From a virus (Duplodnaviria; Caudoviricetes): a stretch of DNA of 29,542 nt. A program made the position numbers and the translations under genes. Shown in pieces: positions 23,375 to 29,542 of this stretch (its first letter is position 1; every line of letters starts with the position of its first letter). Location of the stretch: IMG/VR virus record IMGVR_UViG_3300048881_000246, positions 1 to 29,542 of that record. One strand, given 5' to 3'. The notes beneath the pieces were generated by a model. The model saw nothing but the letters and a program-made list of their open reading frames with translations. It was not told the origin of the DNA and searched no databases.

Positions 23375-25477
23375 TTACGCTGCGCCCTTAGATTTATACA
23401 TAGTGCGGAAGTCTAGCGGTGATACACCCGCATCAAGACGCACTTTGAACTCAGTACCATCAACAGACCAGCCTTGCATCTGATCAAGGAATGGGTTCTC
23501 GTTACCATCTAGGTAAGCAACCTCGATAGTGTCATACATGCCGCCTGCTGCTAAGTACCATGCATCGGCGCTGCTTTCGTCCAAACGCGCTTCGGTAACC
23601 ACTTCAGCCATGTTTGCAACCGGGTTACGCTGGTTGTTGTTTTTGCCAGGGTAAACCGTATCGTTCATAAGCATTTCTGCATCAGTCTCTAGGGCCGCAG
23701 GAACAATCAAGTATTCTGGCGTGATGTTCAGCGCCTTACCTTCTGCTAACTTCTGCGTTCGCATCGCTGTGCGAGCTTTAGTTAATGAATCTACAGAAAG
23801 TGATGAGGTAGCTCCGGTGACATAGTTGCTGTGATCAGCATGGAACAAAGATTTACCATCAGACATAGCTGGATTATCAACTAGTGTTGCATAAACCAAA
23901 TCACCTACTGTGCGGCGTGCAGCTGCACCCATCAACTGAGTGATACGAGTAAACGCACCTAAATCATCATTAATGATTGCTTGGCGAGTAATAGAGAAAC
24001 GCTTGCCGTAAGTAGCAAGTGCAATCTTTTCACCACGTTCACCCACTGTGCCATACTTGAATTCCGCACCTTCTGGCACTTTTTCAAGAGACTTCATATC
24101 GTTAAGCGCTACGCGACTTGTGATCTTAAAGTCAGAAAGTGAGCCGCGCTGAGTCCAGCGGTCAAATGTCTCTGGTGCTTCAGAGTAGCCTTTAAGCATT
24201 GTCTTATGCGCTACATCGGCTAGCACTGTACCAAAGTCACTTGAACTATGCGTAAATGCTGCTCCAACTAGGCTCATGCGATCACCTAAAGAAGCAGTAC
24301 CAACACCTGCATCAGTCAAAGAAGCACGGGCCATTTCAACCAAACTCATAGATCGGTATGGGTTATCGCTGGTAAGTTCGCCATCTGCGGTTTTAACACC
24401 AGCACGAGCCTTAAGAACAGCAACCATAGAATCTTTGGTGATGTTTCCGTTGCCTGCGTGAGCAGCGACATTGAAACCACCTTTCTGTGGTGCTTGATCT
24501 TTACCAAGTGCTTCAAGCAATTTAGCCGAGGCCATTTCTTTCGTACACTCTTCATCGTTCAGACAGTTCTGAAGCAAATCAGCGTGTGAATATTTCCAAC
24601 TAGCGAAAAGCGAGTTAATGCCCTCTTTGCGCTTAGCTTCTTTTGCTTTAAATTTAGCAACGGCTGATTCACCAATTGCTTGTTCATCGACCACGTTTGC
24701 AGCCGGGGTTTGCTTGTCGTTAGACATAACAATTTCCTCATTAGTTGTTTCGGCAATGGCCGATGTTTTGTTGATAGGTTGTAAGTCTTTGATGCGCTTT
24801 TCAGCTTCATCTAAGCCAGCAACCTCAACGTTAATCGTCACGGTTGAACTGGTTTCATTAACAGGTGAAAACTTCTCTTTCACGCTGTTTTTGAATTGGT
24901 TTAATTTGGATGTATCGAAAGAGGCCTGAAGGTTAACTTCATCAGTAATCTGTGTAGCAAAACCTTTTTCTAGCGCTTCAGCGCCAGTCATCCATGTTTC
25001 AGCGGTCATCAGGTTGGCAATTTCAGTATCATCTAAACCTGTTTTATTAACGTATGCTGAAACCAGAGCAGTTTTCATTTTGTCGAGAACATCAGCCGTT
25101 TTTCGAAGTTCATCAGCATCGCCCATTGCGCCACCCCAAGGGTTATGAATCATCATTAAGGCGTTTTCTGGCATGGTGATGGTGTCACCAGCCATTGCGA
25201 TAACTGAAGCCATTGAAGCGGCTAGGCCATCAACAAAAGTATTCACTTTCGCTTTGTGGTTTTTAAGAAGGTTGTAAATAGCAATTCCGTCTGTAACAGA
25301 ACCGCCTGGTGAATTAATACGTAGATTAATTTCACCTTTAGGGTCTAGCTCTTTAAGGTCACGAGCGAAATCTTTCGCAGTAATGCCCCAAAAGCCAATT
25401 TCATCGTATACGTAGATTTCAGTAGCACCATTTTCGAGCGCTTTGAACTCGTACCAATTTTGGTTAGTTTCCGGCAT
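23375..25477 (-). CDS. ClpP-like prohead protease fused to the major capsid protein
   Basis: INSPGGSV, GLAASMAS, MIHNPW and ETWMT..EAL..GFA, then a capsid domain (ATYGKRFSITRQAIINDD, P.YLIVP, EVAYLDG); likely start is ATG 25477 with AAGGGG RBS. Confidence 0.92.
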   Translation of the reverse strand: MPETNQNWYEFKALENGATEIYVYDEIGFWGITAKDFARDLKELDPKGEINLRINSPGGSVTDGIAIYNLLKNHKAKVNTFVDGLAASMASVIAMAGDTITMPENALMMIHNPWGGAMGDADELRKTADVLDKMKTALVSAYVNKTGLDDTEIANLMTAETWMTGAEALEKGFATQITDEVNLQASFDTSKLNQFKNSVKEKFSPVNETSSTVTINVEVAGLDEAEKRIKDLQPINKTSAIAETTNEEIVMSNDKQTPAANVVDEQAIGESAVAKFKAKEAKRKEGINSLFASWKYSHADLLQNCLNDEECTKEMASAKLLEALGKDQAPQKGGFNVAAHAGNGNITKDSMVAVLKARAGVKTADGELTSDNPYRSMSLVEMARASLTDAGVGTASLGDRMSLVGAAFTHSSSDFGTVLADVAHKTMLKGYSEAPETFDRWTQRGSLSDFKITSRVALNDMKSLEKVPEGAEFKYGTVGERGEKIALATYGKRFSITRQAIINDDLGAFTRITQLMGAAARRTVGDLVYATLVDNPAMSDGKSLFHADHSNYVTGATSSLSVDSLTKARTAMRTQKLAEGKALNITPEYLIVPAALETDAEMLMNDTVYPGKNNNQRNPVANMAEVVTEARLDESSADAWYLAAGGMYDTIEVAYLDGNENPFLDQMQGWSVDGTEFKVRLDAGVSPLDFRTMYKSKGAA

Positions 25478-26951
25478 TATCTGCCCCTTGTTGTACTGTG
25501 GGTTGCTGAACTTCGTGGCGAGCATCAGAACTGAACACCAAATCACGCTCTTCGTTTTCTTTGATTTCTTGTGCTCGCTGTTTTTTAACTTCTTGCGGGT
25601 TTAACCCTTTAGAGCGGATCACGTTGGCCTCAGTGTTAAAGCCTGCCTTAACTTGGCGTTCGTGCGCTTTTGTCTCTTTGTCGGGGTCAATCCACGGCAT
25701 TACTGGCGCAATATAAACAGCGTTGTATAGCGTGTTCATATCGAGATCGGCGGGAACGTCAAGCATTCCTGAAGCAATACCTATTTCTAGCGCTTTGCGA
25801 TAGAACGGACGCGACCATTTAGCAATGAATATTTGTTGAAGTGCTTCATAACCAGCGTAACCTTCCACCATTTCTTGACGCTGGGCAGAATAAGACCCGT
25901 CATACTGACCAGAAATGCTAGAGAATGTGCTTCTGGTACCGCTGGCAACTGCGCGCAACATCGCATCACGGAATGGTTGAAGTAGTGTACTTGGGCGATT
26001 ACTTTCAACCGTGCCAACTTCCTCACCCGGCATTAAGCCATCGAACACCATGCCCGGTGCCATTTGGAAAGTTCTATCTCCATTTGGTTTATGTGCGCCA
26101 GGGCCATCGGGACGTTTGATGTAAGCGGCCAGAACCGCAGATATACGAGCCGCTACGCGTTCTGATTCTTCGTAATCTTTCAAATCTTCAAGGCGAGTGA
26201 TAACAGCGTGTAGGATAGAAACGCCACGGCCTTGTCTTAGGCGGTTTGTGTGCTTTAAGTGCATTACTCTTGCAGCTGGTACCGCAATAGTATTTGTATT
26301 GAACCCGTAAACACTGCCCGGATGCTCTTTATAAAAATGGTATGCTAGGGGCTGCCCCCAGTTATTACGCTCAATGCCTTGAATGATTCGGTCACCAATG
26401 ATGTCATCCATCGGTAAAAAATCAGACTCTAACAATTCAACACTTAATGGAATGCGAGTGTTGTGCTTAAAGTTGGCAACGTTGCCTTCTACGAATTTCC
26501 CGAAGCACTCACCATCACGCAGCCAAGAGCGGCAAACTAAACGTTCCATTTCTGCACGCGAATATTCGCCGGTTGTATCTGGGGCGAGAGATAGTTCATC
26601 AATGAAGCGTGAAACTTGCTGAGCAAATTCTTCTGCTTTCTCGCCTGCTACGGTGAGAGGCATTGGCTCAACAGATATACCCTTTGGACCTACAACTTTC
26701 TGTTCTAACTTATCGAGCAGGCCTACAACTAAATCGTGGTTTTCATCCAAGTATCGTGCTTGACCACGTATTGATGTGGCGGCGCCTCTAACCGCTGTAT
26801 CACCAGAACGGTTATCAACTTTCATTTTGCGGGTTCTGCCAGGCTGGGCTGCATCGTAGTTCAGAAACTGCTGAGCAATAGCCTTGTGCTTTAACCTTTC
26901 AGCGCCCCACTTTGGAGCAAAGGCAAGAATTGTCTTATCAAGGAAATTCAT
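25464..26951 (-). CDS. Lambda gpB-type portal protein
   Basis: YDAA..GR, GIERNNWGQP..YH, RQGRGVS, YSAQRQ and PWIDP.KE motifs. Confidence 0.92.
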   Translation of the reverse strand: MNFLDKTILAFAPKWGAERLKHKAIAQQFLNYDAAQPGRTRKMKVDNRSGDTAVRGAATSIRGQARYLDENHDLVVGLLDKLEQKVVGPKGISVEPMPLTVAGEKAEEFAQQVSRFIDELSLAPDTTGEYSRAEMERLVCRSWLRDGECFGKFVEGNVANFKHNTRIPLSVELLESDFLPMDDIIGDRIIQGIERNNWGQPLAYHFYKEHPGSVYGFNTNTIAVPAARVMHLKHTNRLRQGRGVSILHAVITRLEDLKDYEESERVAARISAVLAAYIKRPDGPGAHKPNGDRTFQMAPGMVFDGLMPGEEVGTVESNRPSTLLQPFRDAMLRAVASGTRSTFSSISGQYDGSYSAQRQEMVEGYAGYEALQQIFIAKWSRPFYRKALEIGIASGMLDVPADLDMNTLYNAVYIAPVMPWIDPDKETKAHERQVKAGFNTEANVIRSKGLNPQEVKKQRAQEIKENEERDLVFSSDARHEVQQPTVQQGADNAGN

Positions 26952-27148
26952 GAAAAGCTCGCTAGTGAGTAAGGGCGGTTACCGTTGGCTTCATCACGAA
27001 CTTTTCGTTCCCACTCTTTACGGCCATTACGGATTGATTCAAGATCTTCCATGCCAACAGTTTCACCGCGGAAAGTAACGTTCTTGCCTGCTAATACATC
27101 TTTTTCAGCCTGCAGATAAAGATCGAGCATTACTTGTGAATCTGTCAT
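26948..27148 (-). CDS. gpW-like head completion/adaptor protein
   Basis: MLDLYLQAEKDVLAGKNV.F.G....EDLESIR.GR.EWE; ATG 27148 overlaps the TerL stop; lambda A-W-B order. Confidence 0.75.
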   Translation of the reverse strand: MTDSQVMLDLYLQAEKDVLAGKNVTFRGETVGMEDLESIRNGRKEWERKVRDEANGNRPYSLASFS

Positions 27149-28998
27149 AACCAACTGCCACCTGATGTGTTCAACCAACCACCGCCGCCACTGTTTGAAG
27201 TGGGCGTTGATTTAGGTTCTTCTGATTTGTATTGCTGACGCTCTATCTCGTGCCGCAACTGTTCAAAGTCGGGGTTAAGTATGTAAAGACACGCCAAGTT
27301 ATAACCGCTTAAGTCGAAAGCTTCGTTTCTTGGTCGAGTCTTGCGCCATTCTTCTTTTCTAACCCCTTTTACATAGCGCGTTACTAGTTCTTCAGAAGTG
27401 AACTGAAGAAACCATTCTTTATCGAACTGATCGCTAACGGGGAAATGAATGTAACCAGCACCGGGCTCTAATATCCCTGCGCGCTGCATTACTTGTTGTT
27501 TAAGTTTGTGCGTTCCTAGTTGGAACAGGTTGATTCGACCCAAGTTGTTTTTGCTGGGCCTGCCGACCAAAGGCGCATCTTTATTACTGGAACCTTTAAT
27601 AGCAAAGATTCCGTAACCACGCTGGCGAACGTAATCGTACACCTGTTGCGTAAAGTGACCGCCAGTATCAATGGTGGTGCCAGAAATATCTAACATCACA
27701 CCGCTTTCGTGCTCAAAGCGCCTATCTAGCGCTGCATCTAAACGCCGCCATATATCTGGCTTATTTAAATCGCCGCGCAATATCTCGAAATCAATTTTCC
27801 AGTTTTCTTGGCCTTCGCCCCAAGCTTCGTACTGAATTTCTAAACGATCATCTTGGGTATCTACTGCAGCGGTAACAAGTACAGCGCCATTAGGAACGGG
27901 GGCGGCGTAATGCTCACGGCGCGTGTAAAGCGCTTCAGGGTCTTGCTTTGCCCCTTCTGTTTCCCAAGTCTCAGCAAGTGAAACGTTGGTGAAGGTTTGC
28001 AAATCACCCATTGCTTTCTTTTCAACAAAAGAAATAACAATGTCTTTCAACTTTCTAAAGGCGCTTGCCAACTCTGGCAAGTGATAACTGGCATGGCCTC
28101 GAAATGGCTTTTCAGCTATCCACTCACCTTTTCTAATAGCTTGATAGCGGGCGCCATCATCCCACGCACAACCGCATTCCTCACAAACGTAAACGGCGGT
28201 CTCAGGTTGATGTTCACCGCTCTCGTCTTTTTGCCAGCTAACTTGGCCCCACTTAAGATATTGCTTATGGCCGCAATCACCACAAGGAACAAACCAGCGG
28301 CGTTTATCACCAGCTTCAAAGCTGGATTCAATGTGCGACTCACCTTTAATAGTGGGTGTTGATGTTTCAAAAAGTAAGCGTTGATCACCAAACGTGGCAG
28401 CACGTTGCCAGATAAGCGAAACGGGGTGGCCCTCTTGGGTTCGCTCATAACCGTCTGTTTCATCACAAATGATTTTAGGCGCTGAACGGCCACGCATTGT
28501 TTTTGGTGAACCAGACCATGCGCCCATAAGAAAGCCGCCTGGATAACTTTTCATTGTCTGGTTATTCACACCATCACGCGAACGAGGCTTTGCAACTTTC
28601 TCAGAAAGCGCTGGCGTTCCGTCAACCATAGGGTCGAACTTCGCGTTAAGAAACGTATTGAAGTCTGACTGGCTAGGTTGCATCAACATGATGCTGCTTG
28701 GCTCATGCGCGATAAAATAACCTATCGCCATAAGTTGCATTTGAGTTTTACCAACCTGTGCGCCCCACATTGCAGTAATGCGGTGACAGTTTGGATCCGC
28801 TGTCATGTTAAGCGGTTCAACTTGGTAAGGCGCGTTCGCAAACCTAACCGGACCAGGCAAAGCGTTGCCTGCTGGAATTCTACAATGCTGCTCTGCCCAT
28901 TGTGATGGCAATAACGGCTCTGGGGGTTTGAAATGCTCTAAGCAGTTTCGAGTAATATTCCTGAGTATTGGGCGGTAGTCATAACTATCATTCATCAT
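27145..28998 (-). CDS. terL: Terminase large subunit, lambda gpA family
   Basis: Walker A GAQVGKT, Walker B IICDETD, STPT, CGDC/CEEC, VDTQDDR and RNEAFD. Confidence 0.95.
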   Translation of the reverse strand: MMNDSYDYRPILRNITRNCLEHFKPPEPLLPSQWAEQHCRIPAGNALPGPVRFANAPYQVEPLNMTADPNCHRITAMWGAQVGKTQMQLMAIGYFIAHEPSSIMLMQPSQSDFNTFLNAKFDPMVDGTPALSEKVAKPRSRDGVNNQTMKSYPGGFLMGAWSGSPKTMRGRSAPKIICDETDGYERTQEGHPVSLIWQRAATFGDQRLLFETSTPTIKGESHIESSFEAGDKRRWFVPCGDCGHKQYLKWGQVSWQKDESGEHQPETAVYVCEECGCAWDDGARYQAIRKGEWIAEKPFRGHASYHLPELASAFRKLKDIVISFVEKKAMGDLQTFTNVSLAETWETEGAKQDPEALYTRREHYAAPVPNGAVLVTAAVDTQDDRLEIQYEAWGEGQENWKIDFEILRGDLNKPDIWRRLDAALDRRFEHESGVMLDISGTTIDTGGHFTQQVYDYVRQRGYGIFAIKGSSNKDAPLVGRPSKNNLGRINLFQLGTHKLKQQVMQRAGILEPGAGYIHFPVSDQFDKEWFLQFTSEELVTRYVKGVRKEEWRKTRPRNEAFDLSGYNLACLYILNPDFEQLRHEIERQQYKSEEPKSTPTSNSGGGGWLNTSGGSWL

Positions 28999-29476
28999 CT
29001 ATGACTAATTGAGAAACATCACTAAGCGCTTCAAGTTGCTCAGCTTCGATAATCTCTTTTATCTCAGCTTCGTTGGTTCTACCTATCAACTGGGTAGCGC
29101 AACGCCTTGGAACCAAAAGCAATCTGGTTCTGGTAGCAATGGCTAATGCAGAAAGCGTTTTGTCAATTTCATCTTTCGGTATTAGCTCGCCTCGTTTTTT
29201 CCCAACCTCCAATTCAGCAAGTTGTGTATCAGCTGCAAGCTTTCGGCGCCTAAGTTCGTCCTCGGTTGCAGCTTCGGTATCACCCACTGTATCTTGCACA
29301 GCCTTATCTGCTCGCCACTGTGCAACATCGGCGGTATCAAGAACCCAGTCTTTACCCTGCTTTTTGTTAGCCTTCTGAACGAAGGGGCACCCCTGCTTGA
29401 TCCAGTTCGCTACTGTGTTTCGGTGTACTCCGAATATCTCAGCGCAACTGCTTTGGCTAACGTGTCTTTTATTCAT
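28988..29476 (-). CDS. terS: Terminase small subunit, Nu1-like
   Basis: N-terminal wHTH (AEIFGVHRNTVANWIKQGCP) plus coiled coil; precedes TerL. Confidence 0.9.
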   Translation of the reverse strand: MNKRHVSQSSCAEIFGVHRNTVANWIKQGCPFVQKANKKQGKDWVLDTADVAQWRADKAVQDTVGDTEAATEDELRRRKLAADTQLAELEVGKKRGELIPKDEIDKTLSALAIATRTRLLLVPRRCATQLIGRTNEAEIKEIIEAEQLEALSDVSQLVIDDE

Positions 29477-29542
29477 GGGGTGTTGTCGTTGACATGGATT
29501 TTAAAATGCTCGCACAATGCGAAAGCTGCGGTGCAAATTACC

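Larger units (their letters stand above)
1..29542. mobile_element. Lambda-like temperate siphophage genome segment (excised/virion arrangement)
   Basis: Recombination, int/xis, attP, tail, head and terminase modules in lambdoid order; phage genes on both sides of the att core; no host housekeeping genes. Confidence 0.95.

Noticed and set aside
25478-25546. Upstream extension of the protease-capsid ORF given in the ORF track
   Set aside because: It overlaps the portal gene deeply; ATG 25477 has an RBS and a typical N-terminus
27149-27178. Upstream extension of the gpW-like ORF given in the ORF track
   Set aside because: ATG 27148 forms an ATGA coupling with the TerL stop and is the more plausible start
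324-29378. Numerous short antisense or alternate-frame ORFs in the track
   Set aside because: They lie largely or wholly within well-supported genes and show no recognisable motifs
29472-29483. 12-bp match TTCATGGGGTGT to the attP core end (inverted relative to 8155-8166)
   Set aside because: A 12-bp match is expected by chance within 29.5 kb, and there are no flanking att features

Overview
About 29.5 kb of a lambda-like temperate siphophage in its non-integrated (attP-intact) configuration; a marine Gammaproteobacterial host is plausible but not demonstrable from the sequence. The + strand (1-8012) carries an early operon: a truncated LRR-type repeat protein, Bet-like annealase, YqaJ-type exonuclease, C5 DNA methyltransferase, small accessory ORFs, excisionase, tyrosine integrase and a Zn-ribbon ORF. 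It converges on an attP region (3' half of tRNA-Pro(GGG), arm-type repeats, IHF boxes). The - strand (8480-29476) is the late operon: TerS, gpA-type TerL, gpW-like adaptor, lambda-type portal, ClpP protease-capsid fusion, neck genes, two tandem tail-tube paralogues, G/GT chaperone with a -1 frameshift, tape measure, distal tail/hub proteins, a third tail-tube paralogue and three large carbohydrate-binding or -modifying proteins. The most notable points are the three tail-tube paralogues, a gp38-like glycine-rich domain on the hub, an FN3 domain split by a beta-helix insert, an SGNH esterase module, accessory genes sharing identical DNA boxes, a repeat array varying only non-synonymously, and an integrase lacking the canonical first catalytic Arg. 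All domain calls are from motif recognition by eye, not database searches.
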